Of a DNA stretch of 64,000 bases, positions 43,358 through 52,767 are shown in pieces. The DNA is taken from positions 20,476 through 84,475 of the forward strand of contig JAYVTC010000131.1 of NCBI GenBank assembly GCA_043774745.1, written 5' to 3'. Both the position numbers and the translations under genes were made by a program. This DNA is from Cyclobacteriaceae bacterium (GTDB lineage Bacteria; Bacteroidota; Bacteroidia; Cytophagales; Cyclobacteriaceae). Below the pieces are notes generated by a model. It worked only from the letters and a program-made list of their open reading frames with translations. It was not told where the DNA came from and did not search any database. The stretch's first letter is position 1. The number at the start of each line of letters is the position of its first letter.

Positions 43358-44791
43358 ATGAAACGACTACTCGCTTTTCTATTGTTTTTTTTGGTTTTGG
43401 GAATAGTAAGCTATTCTCAAACCTGTACTATTACCTCTACAGTTGTTTGGAACAACGCAGCCCCACCATCATGTTCTGAAGGAGGAAATGCAGGAAATTC
43501 AGCTGTGACTACTCTTATCATCCCAGCGGGTGTTACAGTTACATTTGATGACAATGGTGACTCCTGGGGGTCCGTTGGCACAGATCGATTTATTGAACTT
43601 AAAGGGAATTTGAGTATTGGTGGTTCCAATATTGTCATCATTGCGGGCATAGAGGTTCGTCCTGGTGGTGTGTTAACTATTCAAGACAATGCAAAACTTC
43701 AGGTTGGATCCCCCACCGATGCTTTTTGTTCATCTTACGTTAATGTGTGGCCTTGCCCTGAGTATAAACTATTAGAACCATACACCTGCCTTTCATCGGG
43801 TGGGCAAGTGGTATTTCTAGGAGCTTCATCCAATGATAAATTAAGAATTTGTAATTTAACAATGGCAACACCAGCCTCGGGTTCTTGTAATTCCTGTTAC
43901 ATTTTTGTTGATAACCGCGGTAATTATAATGCTTCAGTAAATGCTTACCCTTCTTCTGGAGGATCAGGAACCGCTGGAGCTATAGTAGCGGGAGATTATT
44001 GGACTGTTACTGTAGCAAGTACTGTACCTTTACCCGGTTTGACCTCAAATGTAGCTCCAGGTAATTTTATTGTTGCGTTAAAAGATGCAGCATCAAACGT
44101 ATGGTCTAATTGGGCTGTCCGTACATCGAACTCCAATCTTAACGCTGATAACTACAATTGTGATATTTGGATTGGCAAGAATAAGGAGCCATTTTGTGAG
44201 CCGCTCTCAGGTGGATTTTCAGGCCCTATAGCATTCAGCAAAAACGGTATTTTGCCTGTAGAACTACTGTTCTTTAAAGGATCGAAAGGGTTAGAGGATG
44301 TAAAACTTTCCTGGGCTACTGCCTCAGAACTTAACTTCGATTATTTTGATATTGAGAAATCAACAGACGGCATACTATTTCAAAGTATTGCCAAAGTAAA
44401 AGGACATGGCACAACCAATGAGCGTAATGACTATACCATCAATGACGAGAAACCATATATAGGCAAAAATTATTACCGACTGAAGTCCGTAGATTTTGAT
44501 GGATATACCGAGTTTTTCAATGTAATCATGGTTGACTTTGATGGTAAAAAGAATTTCTCAGTCTATCCAAATCCATCGGATGGTATATCGTTCACTGCGG
44601 AAACTAACTTCGCAACTAAAAATCGCGCATTCATTGCTATCTATAGTACGATTGGCGCTGAGATAGCCCGTTATGAAGTTTTTGGCAGCGCTTCAACCAT
44701 AACATTGCCTGTCAAACTGGAGTCAGGTGTATATTTTGCGAAATATATCTCCAGTGATTTTACTTCTACCACCCAGGTGTTGGTGAAATAA
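43358..44791 (+). CDS. secreted T9SS cargo protein, paralog 2
   Basis: Same architecture as 42049-43167. The last roughly 190 aa align almost residue-for-residue (LPVELLFFKGSKG...LSWATASELNFDYFDIEKS...YYRLKSVDFDGYTEFF...FSVYPNPSDG...LESGVYFAKY...VLVK), while the N-domains are different. Confidence 0.7.
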   Translation: MKRLLAFLLFFLVLGIVSYSQTCTITSTVVWNNAAPPSCSEGGNAGNSAVTTLIIPAGVTVTFDDNGDSWGSVGTDRFIELKGNLSIGGSNIVIIAGIEVRPGGVLTIQDNAKLQVGSPTDAFCSSYVNVWPCPEYKLLEPYTCLSSGGQVVFLGASSNDKLRICNLTMATPASGSCNSCYIFVDNRGNYNASVNAYPSSGGSGTAGAIVAGDYWTVTVASTVPLPGLTSNVAPGNFIVALKDAASNVWSNWAVRTSNSNLNADNYNCDIWIGKNKEPFCEPLSGGFSGPIAFSKNGILPVELLFFKGSKGLEDVKLSWATASELNFDYFDIEKSTDGILFQSIAKVKGHGTTNERNDYTINDEKPYIGKNYYRLKSVDFDGYTEFFNVIMVDFDGKKNFSVYPNPSDGISFTAETNFATKNRAFIAIYSTIGAEIARYEVFGSASTITLPVKLESGVYFAKYISSDFTSTTQVLVK

Positions 44792-45312
44792 TGGAAATCG
44801 TTCTAAAATAGTTTAGCCACAGATTCACTGATTGATTCTACTCTGTGCATCTGGTACGCCACGAGGCGTGTGTTTATATAAATTAAATTAAATACCTATG
44901 AAGATGAAAGTTCTTCACAGCCGAATTTGTCGTTCGGGATGAAGCGTAGCTGAGTTGCGGTGAGGAAACGAGCCGTAATAAGTTCGGTGAACGTGACCTT
45001 GTAAGCTGCTACAGTCAAGCCTCGTTACACTAGCTGGTACTGTCCAATCTCTCGGATATGACGAAGCCTGTTATTGCACTGTAAGTAAAACGATCAATTA
45101 GACAGTGTGAAGTACCCGGGGTAATATGTAGTTGCGTGTAAGGATAAGGTAGCACATGAACGTGGGAGCCCCTAACAGGAATTGCAAGCGGGCAATTTGC
45201 TGCGGGAGTCGGATATACCCGTAGTAGTGATGAAATCCGAAAAGGTAAAAGCGGAAAGAGCGAAGGGGTATTACTAAAGAAGAAGTTTTGATGAGCATAG
45301 CCTGATGAATTG

Positions 45313-46677
45313 ATGAAAGAGAGTAATCAACAGCAAGTTGGAGCGCAGCTACCACTGATCGCCAAAAAGCGCAAGGAGATGAGCAGTGCAGAAAGAGTGC
45401 AGATGTATCAGAGGAAACTATATCTGAAAACCAAGCAAGAGAAAGATTTTCGGTTTTATGTTTTGTATGACAAAATCTTCTTACGCTTCACCTTAGAAGA
45501 ATCCTGGAAACGGGTGAAAGCCAATGGAGGAAGTGCAGGAGTAGACGGAGTTACGTTTGCGGCCATAGAATCGGCTGGCGTGGAGAAGTTTCTGATCACT
45601 CTATCAGAAGAACTCCGGCAGCAGACGTGTAGGGCTTCAGCGGTCAAGCGGGTAATGATACCCAAATCAGATGGAGGAAAAAGGCCACTAGGTATTCCCA
45701 CCATCAAAGACCGTGTAGCTCAGCAGGCCTGCGTACTGGTAATAAGACCGATATTCGAAGCGGATTTTGAAGACTGTTCGTATGGTTACAGGCCCAAGCG
45801 ATCGGCCCATGATGCGATCGCCAAGATTAAGGAACATCTCAAGAATGGCAATACAGAGGTGTATGATGCAGACCTAAGTAAGTATTTTGATACGATACCG
45901 CATGAAAAGCTAAAAGTAGCTCTACAGGAAAGGATCGTGGACAAAAGAGTGCTTAGACTGATCGACAAGTGGTTGAAGGCGCCAGTCTACGAAGATGGAC
46001 AATACAAAGGAGGGAAAAAGAACAAGGAGGGGGTTCCACAGGGAGGCGTAATCTCACCTGTGTTATCCAACTTGTACTTGCATTTGTTGGACAGAATAGT
46101 TAGCTGTTCGAAAGCACTATTCAGGAAGATGGGTGTTGTGATGGTCAGATATGCAGATGATTTTGTGTTAATGGCACGCAGCTTGGGGACAACACCGATA
46201 GAAAAGCTAAAGGAGCTGCTGAGTCGTATGGGACTTACACTTAACGAACAGAAGAGTAAACAGGTAAGGGCAACAGAGGAGCCGTTCCATTTTCTTGGAT
46301 TTGTTTTTCGGTATGATCTGAACCCTAAGATGCTTACGGGTCGGAGGTTTTGGAATGTCAAGCCGAGCGAGCGATCCAATAAGAGGATAAGAGAGAAAAT
46401 TGACTTGACTTTAAAACAGATGAGTCATTATAAACCGGAAACTCTGGTCAGTGAACTAAACGCTATCCTGCGAGGTTGGCTTCATTATTTTGATATCAAA
46501 GGAGTCAGCTATCCCTATGTAGCCAAAAGCAAACTGAACTTTTACCTGCGCACTCGATTAAGGAAATACTTCAACCGCAAAAGTCAACGGAAAAGTCGCC
46601 TGTATCGCAAACAGGCTTTTGAGTTATTGGTCAGTAAATTTGGGCTGATCGATCCTCTACATTATAAGTTGGCTTAA
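45313..46677 (+). CDS. group II intron reverse transcriptase/maturase, no endonuclease domain
   Basis: RT blocks RPLGIPTIKDRVAQQA, YDADLSKYFDTIPHEKL, GVPQGGVISPVLSNLYLH and VRYADDFVLMA, plus maturase/X block LRGWLHYF. It ends about 60 aa later with no HNH motif. ATG at 45313; the track start at 45310 is a TTG. Confidence 0.9.
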   Translation: MKESNQQQVGAQLPLIAKKRKEMSSAERVQMYQRKLYLKTKQEKDFRFYVLYDKIFLRFTLEESWKRVKANGGSAGVDGVTFAAIESAGVEKFLITLSEELRQQTCRASAVKRVMIPKSDGGKRPLGIPTIKDRVAQQACVLVIRPIFEADFEDCSYGYRPKRSAHDAIAKIKEHLKNGNTEVYDADLSKYFDTIPHEKLKVALQERIVDKRVLRLIDKWLKAPVYEDGQYKGGKKNKEGVPQGGVISPVLSNLYLHLLDRIVSCSKALFRKMGVVMVRYADDFVLMARSLGTTPIEKLKELLSRMGLTLNEQKSKQVRATEEPFHFLGFVFRYDLNPKMLTGRRFWNVKPSERSNKRIREKIDLTLKQMSHYKPETLVSELNAILRGWLHYFDIKGVSYPYVAKSKLNFYLRTRLRKYFNRKSQRKSRLYRKQAFELLVSKFGLIDPLHYKLA

Positions 46678-46705
46678 TTGTGAATGCTTAGGGTGAACAT
46701 CTTAG

Positions 46706-46742
<37 letters not shown>

Positions 46743-46844
46743 ATGAGGGGGAGAAGGTGACAAGGCCTGCAAATGAGGCGTAAGCCCTTTACCGCTTGTT
46801 ATCTTTTCTCTACTCTACTGGCTTTTTTTGATTTCCTCTTTGAA

Positions 46845-47339
46845 TCAGAATTCAATCAAGACCTGTCCCTTTTCTACATTATCACCCTTCTTCACTTTTA
46901 TATTTTTAATTAAGCCTTCCCTTGGCGCCTTTAATATGTTCTCCATTTTCATCGCTTCCAGAATAAGAAGAGGATCACCTTGCTGAACAGTATCACCGGC
47001 TTTTATTTTTAAATCAATGATCAACCCGGGCATGGGCGCTTTTATAGAGTTCACCTTGTGCGCGGCAGTTTGATTCATGCCCATCTTTTCAAGGAGTAAA
47101 TCAAATTTATCTTTTAACTCTACAGAATAATTTCGTCCGTTGATTTTGACTGTAATTGTTTTGGTTGCGATGTCTGTAGTAACAATCTCTGCGCGATAAC
47201 TTTTATTTTGATAGAGGATGTGAAAATAGCCATCACTCACTTTGTTGATATCCCATTGAAAAGGTGTTCCGTTCACTATAATGGATTGATCATTTTGATC
47301 AATCTCGAATGTCTTTTTATTAACAATGGCTTTGTACAT
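46845..47339 (-). CDS. biotin/lipoyl-attachment protein (biotin carboxyl carrier-like subunit)
   Basis: C-terminal biotinylation motif LEAMKMEN. Start taken at MYKAIVNKK (47339) rather than 47405. Confidence 0.75.
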   Translation of the reverse strand: MYKAIVNKKTFEIDQNDQSIIVNGTPFQWDINKVSDGYFHILYQNKSYRAEIVTTDIATKTITVKINGRNYSVELKDKFDLLLEKMGMNQTAAHKVNSIKAPMPGLIIDLKIKAGDTVQQGDPLLILEAMKMENILKAPREGLIKNIKVKKGDNVEKGQVLIEF

Positions 47340-47440
47340 GGGGTAAAAATAAAAATTTGAAGATGGATTATGAGCACTTGATGCCTTATTCTTTCCATCG
47401 CTCATTTCTGACCAGGTTGGAAATGAGAAAATAATACACG

Positions 47441-47448
47441 TACATTTG
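47441..47448 (+). promoter_or_regulatory. candidate Bacteroidota -7 box (TAnnTTTG) driving the riboswitch leader
   Basis: TACATTTG lies about 20 nt upstream of the riboswitch aptamer. Confidence 0.35.
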
Positions 47449-47464
47449 CAACGCCTTGAGTAAT

Positions 47465-47548
47465 CAAGGCAAGGGGGTGCCTAAAAAACAAGGGCTGAGA
47501 TTATACCCATAGAACCTGATGCCGGTAATGCGGACGAAGGGAGGCAAA
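47465..47548 (+). promoter_or_regulatory. TPP (thiamine pyrophosphate, THI-box) riboswitch
   Basis: The conserved aptamer blocks appear in the right order and spacing: GGGGUGC (47474), CUGAGA (47495-47500), ACCC (47505), ACCUGAU (47514-47520), GGUAAUGC (47524-47531) and CGAAGGGA (47535). It lies 60 nt upstream of the TonB-dependent receptor ATG. Confidence 0.85.
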
Positions 47549-47607
47549 GTAAACACGTAAGCAAGGTACATTCCCCGATGTGCCTGCGGGTTTAAACAGA
47601 AACAAAC

Positions 47608-50058
47608 ATGTTAAAAATTTGTATGGCAACAGTCCTTATAGGCTGTTCACTTGCAGGGCAAGCTCAATATGTCATTCGCGGTTATGTGAAAGACAGTAAA
47701 TCAAAGGAGCCGCTCACAGGCGCAACGATTTCTTTGAAAGAGATCAACCGGTATGCAGTTACCACGGAGCGTGGTGAATTTGAACTTCAAAAATTACCTG
47801 CAGGTAATCACCAGGCTGAAGTTAGGTTTCTCGGTTATAAAACTTCTGAAATTCAATGGACTGTTCCAACTGAAGAATCAGTGGTTATTTTATTGGAAGA
47901 AGATGTTATCATGACCGATCAAGTGATTGTATCAGCTACCCGGGTAAATGAAAAAACACCCACCACGTATAGCACCATCAACAAAGTGTCTCTTCAAAAA
48001 CAAAATTTTGGTCAGGACTTGCCACTCACTCTCAACTGGACTCCATCCTTAGTTACTACCTCCGATGCAGGTGCAGGAGTTGGTTATACCGGCTTACGCA
48101 TCCGCGGAAGCGATGCCACGCGTATCAATGTTACTATCAACGGTATTCCGGTAAACGACAGTGAGAGCCAAGGCGTGTTTTGGGTAAATACTCCTGATCT
48201 CGCAACGTCAACACAAAGTGTTCAGGTGCAACGAGGTGTGGGTACTTCTACGAATGGAGCCGGGGCTTTTGGTGCCAGTGTAAATCTTCAAACTAATACA
48301 AGAAATGATCAGGCTTATGCCGATGTGATTAATTCTGTTGGTTCATTCAATACCCGCAGGCATACGGTAGCTTTTGGCACAGGTCTCATCAATCAGAAGT
48401 TTGTGTTTGATGGAAGAATATCTCAGATCGCATCGGGTGGTTACATCGATCGTGCAAGTTCAGATTTGAAATCATACTATTTGTCTGGCGGATATTATGG
48501 TAAGAAAACGATGATCAAAGCCATTGTATTTGGAGGCAAGGAAATTACCTATCAGAGTTGGTATGGTGTGCCTGAGTCGCGTTTAAATAATGATGAAGCA
48601 GCTATGCTGGAAACAGCAGCGATAGAAGGCTGGAATCAGGAACAAACCGATAATTTACTTTCATCAGGGCGCACCTTCAATATTTACACGTATAAAAATC
48701 AGGTTGATAATTATGCGCAAGACCACTATCAGCTTCATGCTTCTCACCGTTTCTCTGAATCGCTTACCGCTAATGGGGCGTTTCATTATACTTACGGTCG
48801 TGGTTTTTATGAAGAGTTTCGATACGATGATGGTTTTTCTAACTATGGACTCCCGGATGCAATCATTGGCAATGAAACTGTATCATCGACAGATCTTGTT
48901 CGCAGAAGGTGGCTCGACAATAATTTTTACGGTGTCACCTATTCCATCAATTATGAGAAAGATAAAATCAACTCCATTCTGGGCGGAGCATGGAACCAAT
49001 ACGATGGTGATCACTTTGGTGAAATCACGTGGGCACAGGTCTCGGTCGTTCCAAAAGATTACCAGTATTATTTCAACAACGGAAAGAAAAATGACTTCAC
49101 CATTTATTGGAAGAACAACTATCAGTTGGCAGATAAACTCAATGGTTTTATGGATTTGCAATACCGAAGAGTAGATTATGCTGCTTCGGGAAAGGAAGAC
49201 AAGCAAGTTGATTTTGTTATTGATCAACGATATAATTTCTTGAATCCAAAATTTGGATTCACCTATGATCTATCGGGCGAACAACAATGGTATGCTTCTT
49301 ATAGCATTGGTAATCGCGAGCCAGTGAGGGAAGATTTTATTAATTCGATTGCTGGCGAGGTGCCCAAACATGAAACGTTACGAAATATAGAAGCAGGATG
49401 GCGCTTCCGTAAGCAAAATATTACGCTAACAGCTAATTATTATCTCATGGATTATAAAAATCAATTAGTTCCAACCGGGAAACTAAATGATGTAGGGGCA
49501 CTCATTCGCGCCAACGTAGATGAAAGCTATCGAACAGGAATTGAGTTGGAGGGTTCGGTTCGGTTAAGTCCTAAATTTTTGTGGAATGCGAACCTCACGT
49601 TGAGTAAAAACAAAATCAAAAACTTTAATGAAGTCCTATACGACTATGGTGTGAACTTTGACGAATACAATGAAGTAGTCACCACCTATGCCAATACGGA
49701 TATCGCACTATCTCCAAATGTCATTGCCGGATCGGCTTTGCTGTATTCGCCAATAAAGGGATTTGAATTTGGGCTCCTCACCAAGTATGTTGGCAAACAG
49801 TACCTTGATAATACAAGTAATGAAAGTCGAAAAATTGGTGCGTACTTTATTAATGATTTGAGAATGTCATACCTGTGGCGACCTTCTTTTATGAGGGAGA
49901 TTTCCCTTAGCCTTCTGGCAAATAATATCTTTAATAAAATGTATTCGTCAAACGGTTATACGTATGGCTACCTGGGAGGCCCCACTGAATACAGACAGAA
50001 TTACTACTATCCGCAAGCCGGCAGAAATTACATGGTGATGGTAGCATTGAGGTTCTGA
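47608..50058 (+). CDS. TonB-dependent outer-membrane receptor (thiamine-regulated)
   Basis: Signal peptide, carboxypeptidase-regulatory-like N-domain (YVIRGYVKDSKSKEPLTGATISL), plug (GLRIRGSDATRINVTINGIPVND), a 22-strand-sized barrel and a terminal aromatic (VALRF). Confidence 0.85.
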   Translation: MLKICMATVLIGCSLAGQAQYVIRGYVKDSKSKEPLTGATISLKEINRYAVTTERGEFELQKLPAGNHQAEVRFLGYKTSEIQWTVPTEESVVILLEEDVIMTDQVIVSATRVNEKTPTTYSTINKVSLQKQNFGQDLPLTLNWTPSLVTTSDAGAGVGYTGLRIRGSDATRINVTINGIPVNDSESQGVFWVNTPDLATSTQSVQVQRGVGTSTNGAGAFGASVNLQTNTRNDQAYADVINSVGSFNTRRHTVAFGTGLINQKFVFDGRISQIASGGYIDRASSDLKSYYLSGGYYGKKTMIKAIVFGGKEITYQSWYGVPESRLNNDEAAMLETAAIEGWNQEQTDNLLSSGRTFNIYTYKNQVDNYAQDHYQLHASHRFSESLTANGAFHYTYGRGFYEEFRYDDGFSNYGLPDAIIGNETVSSTDLVRRRWLDNNFYGVTYSINYEKDKINSILGGAWNQYDGDHFGEITWAQVSVVPKDYQYYFNNGKKNDFTIYWKNNYQLADKLNGFMDLQYRRVDYAASGKEDKQVDFVIDQRYNFLNPKFGFTYDLSGEQQWYASYSIGNREPVREDFINSIAGEVPKHETLRNIEAGWRFRKQNITLTANYYLMDYKNQLVPTGKLNDVGALIRANVDESYRTGIELEGSVRLSPKFLWNANLTLSKNKIKNFNEVLYDYGVNFDEYNEVVTTYANTDIALSPNVIAGSALLYSPIKGFEFGLLTKYVGKQYLDNTSNESRKIGAYFINDLRMSYLWRPSFMREISLSLLANNIFNKMYSSNGYTYGYLGGPTEYRQNYYYPQAGRNYMVMVALRF

Positions 50059-50134
50059 TTATGGGGCTCTGGATACTTGATGAATAAAGATTATTTTTTC
50101 TATTCAGAATCCAGTATCCATTACCTTTGCCACT

Positions 50135-50992
50135 ATGCCCAACGAAAGTTACCCGAAATTTAGTTTGCGAGCCTTCCTGCGCTTAACTCGGTTTTGGAAT
50201 CTATTCATCATTGGCATGGCTCAATATTTTGCCGCTGTTTTTTTGATTGATAGTCAGCTGCTGTTTGATTGGAAATTGATGGTGCTTGCATCTTCAACCG
50301 CCATCATTGCTGGTGCCGGGTATATCATAAACGACTATTACGATATCAAAATAGATTTAATCAACAAACCCGACCGTGTAGTGATTGGAAAGGATATTGG
50401 TCGCAGACATGCCCTGTTGTTTCATAGTGTTCTTTCCTTTTCAGGTGTAGGTCTTGGCCTTTTATTAGGATGGAGATTAGGCCTGATTCACATTTTCTCT
50501 TCCTTTATTTTGTGGTGGTATTCAAATAATCTCAAACGGCAACCTTTTGTTGGGAATTTTATGGTGGCCCTGCTTACAGGCCTATCGATCCTGCTTGTAA
50601 ACATATTGTATGATCTTGATAATTCTTTTGTGATAATCTACTCGCTCTTTGCTTTTTTTATGACGCTGGTTCGCGAAATTATCAAAGATATGGAAGACCT
50701 TAAGGGAGATAATACCTTTGGATGTAAAACGCTTCCCATTATCTGGGGCGTTCGCAAAACAAAAGTGGGAGTGTACGTTTTGTTAGCCCTGTTTTCATCG
50801 TTGGTGATTACACTTAACGCGATTTATACACAGATGCCTTTTTACTATTTCCTGGTTTTCTTATTTGCCCCTCTGAGTATTTTTCTCTTTGTACTTGCAA
50901 GGGCGGATACAAAACGGGATTTTTATACGCTCAGTCAATGGTGTAAGGTGATCATGATTTTTGGTATTATCAGTATGGCTTTTGTGAATTGA
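50135..50992 (+). CDS. UbiA-family prenyltransferase (digeranylgeranylglyceryl-phosphate-synthase-like)
   Basis: Eight or nine TM segments, a first Asp-rich motif YIINDYYDIKID and a second KDMEDLKGD. Confidence 0.75.
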   Translation: MPNESYPKFSLRAFLRLTRFWNLFIIGMAQYFAAVFLIDSQLLFDWKLMVLASSTAIIAGAGYIINDYYDIKIDLINKPDRVVIGKDIGRRHALLFHSVLSFSGVGLGLLLGWRLGLIHIFSSFILWWYSNNLKRQPFVGNFMVALLTGLSILLVNILYDLDNSFVIIYSLFAFFMTLVREIIKDMEDLKGDNTFGCKTLPIIWGVRKTKVGVYVLLALFSSLVITLNAIYTQMPFYYFLVFLFAPLSIFLFVLARADTKRDFYTLSQWCKVIMIFGIISMAFVN

Positions 50993-50999
50993 TTTATTA

Positions 51000-51572
51000 A
51001 TGAAGCACGCACGATTAGCAACTTTTATTTCGGGCAGTGGCTCAAATGCCGAAGCAATTTTTCAGCACTTCCAAACTCATCCTTCTATTAAAGTGGAATT
51101 GGTGCTTAGTAATAATGCAGATGCATTTGGATTGGAACGTGCGAAGAAATTCTCAATCCCATCAAAAGTTTTTACCCGCCAACAATTCCGCGAAAGCGAA
51201 GAAGTGTTGCAATGGCTTAAGGAATCTGGAATAACACACATTGTATTGGCTGGATTTCTCTGGTTGATACCTTCGAATTTGATTAAAGCTTTTCCGCATC
51301 ACATCATCAATATTCATCCGGCATTATTGCCAAAGTTTGGAGGCAAGGGAATGTACGGAATGAAAGTGCATGAGGCAGTGAGATCTTCAGATGATTCACA
51401 AACCGGAATAACTATTCATGAGGTGGATGAAAAATATGACAAGGGCAGAATTGTATTTCAGGCTGTCTGTGAAATTGATGCTTCAGATACGTCCAAAGAA
51501 ATTGCTGATAAAGTTCAACGACTCGAACATCTTTATTATCCTCGGGTGATTGAAGATTGGATAAATCAATAA
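51000..51572 (+). CDS. purN: phosphoribosylglycinamide formyltransferase
   Basis: FISGSGSN...NIHPALLPKFGGKGMYG...TGITIHEVDEKYDKG. Confidence 0.9.
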   Translation: MKHARLATFISGSGSNAEAIFQHFQTHPSIKVELVLSNNADAFGLERAKKFSIPSKVFTRQQFRESEEVLQWLKESGITHIVLAGFLWLIPSNLIKAFPHHIINIHPALLPKFGGKGMYGMKVHEAVRSSDDSQTGITIHEVDEKYDKGRIVFQAVCEIDASDTSKEIADKVQRLEHLYYPRVIEDWINQ

Positions 51573-52022
51573 TTACTTTTTCTTAAGTATGATTTGCTCA
51601 AAGTCAGATGATTTAGGGAAATCGTCAAACACACTTTGAATGAAGGCGTCTGGCACGGCAAGCTTTCTTGCCAGGATATCCATCCACGCACCATCCAGGT
51701 TAATTATAGCGGCAATTGTTCCATCGTCTTTATAGAAATGATGCCGCGCGCTCCATCGTGAAAAATCAGGTGTAGCTTTAGTAACAGCGATGTCAACCGT
51801 TACTCGATCTTCAAATTTTATTTCCCGTTTGAAAAGTGCTTCCTCGCTAAACAAAATGGGGCCGATGCGTAGCTCTTCAAACTTAAGATTAGTAAGACCG
51901 TGTTGCGAGAAGCAAGCAACGCGCACTGTAGCTCCATAATCATAGTACGCAGAGTGACGAAGATGACGGTTCTGGTCAATGTCTGACCAGCGAACTTGTA
52001 TAGGCAGTGAAAATTTATCCAA
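51573..52022 (-). CDS. hotdog-fold acyl-CoA thioesterase
   Basis: 149 aa. The N-terminus (VRWSDIDQNRHLRHSAYYDY) is typical of the 4HBT/YbgC-like thioesterase family. Confidence 0.65.
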   Translation of the reverse strand: MDKFSLPIQVRWSDIDQNRHLRHSAYYDYGATVRVACFSQHGLTNLKFEELRIGPILFSEEALFKREIKFEDRVTVDIAVTKATPDFSRWSARHHFYKDDGTIAAIINLDGAWMDILARKLAVPDAFIQSVFDDFPKSSDFEQIILKKK

Positions 52023-52036
52023 TGGATTTTAAAAAA

Positions 52037-52744
52037 TTAGATTCCAACCTTCTCCCGCTGAGACCAGATTTCATCGATAGGATCGCCTTTGCTACTCTTG
52101 CCACTATGGCGCCAATTGCCATCTTCAAGAGAATAATTAAACTCCAGTTTGGCTCCTACACGGCTATTATCTCTTGAAAAGAATTCAATGGTTTCGATAT
52201 ACTTACCATCAGTTGTGGTATAGGTGCCGCCACCTGCACCAAAAAATTCTTTTGTCTCATTGTTATAAGCAATCCACTGAAACCGTGTACCAGAAAGTAT
52301 CTTCATGGTTTTTCTCGCACCGGGTGTTCTCTTTTCAATCCCGGAGTCTGTCATGCGGCCAGTGAAAAGCCATGCACCAGAGAGTTCACCCGGCTTGCCG
52401 GCATCAATGCGTGTAAATTCCTGAGTTACTTTACCTGTCTTAAAAATCAATTTATCTTTTTGGATTTTTATTTCAGCACTTTGCTCAACGCCAATCAGCT
52501 CAGGCTTCATGGTATTGAATTCCTGAATCTCAATAAATTGATTTTTATCAATTCGACATTGACCACCATATGTGGCTGTGTAAATTTTATCTTTTATGTT
52601 ATACACCGCCACCGAAAAAAATTTTCCTGCAACAATCATTGTAGAACGATTTTCTTCCGTTCCACTTTGCCATGCACCAGAAATGTCCTGGCCCATCAGT
52701 GAAAAACTGTTTACAGCCAGAAAAAGCAGAATGATGTTTTTCAT
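52037..52744 (-). CDS. secreted protein with two lipocalin-like half-repeats, unknown function
   Basis: Signal peptide, then an internal duplication (ISGAWQSG...FTRID and LSGAWLFTG...). Confidence 0.4.
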   Translation of the reverse strand: MKNIILLFLAVNSFSLMGQDISGAWQSGTEENRSTMIVAGKFFSVAVYNIKDKIYTATYGGQCRIDKNQFIEIQEFNTMKPELIGVEQSAEIKIQKDKLIFKTGKVTQEFTRIDAGKPGELSGAWLFTGRMTDSGIEKRTPGARKTMKILSGTRFQWIAYNNETKEFFGAGGGTYTTTDGKYIETIEFFSRDNSRVGAKLEFNYSLEDGNWRHSGKSSKGDPIDEIWSQREKVGI

Positions 52745-52767
52745 ATGCTAAGTATTTAAATTATTAA

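Noticed and set aside
45313-46677. Reverse transcriptase as part of a retron, DRT/UG, Abi or other RT-based defence system
   Set aside because: The RT carries a maturase (X) block. A canonical-layout group II domain V hairpin follows 31 nt after the stop. A GUGYG start with an EBS1/IBS1 match lies about 445 nt upstream. No effector gene is co-oriented next to it, because the neighbouring genes are a T9SS cargo gene and a convergent biotin-carrier gene.
48704-49227. 156-aa and 114-aa ORFs inside the TonB-dependent receptor gene
   Set aside because: They lie in an alternative or antisense frame of a well-supported barrel protein and show no motifs.
51570-51575. purN and the thioesterase gene end back-to-back (TAA|TTA) with zero spacer
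   Set aside because: This is real but simply reflects tight convergent packing, and no additional element is present. It is mentioned only because it mirrors the ancestral TTAA stop overlap inferred for nadR and the hydrolase.
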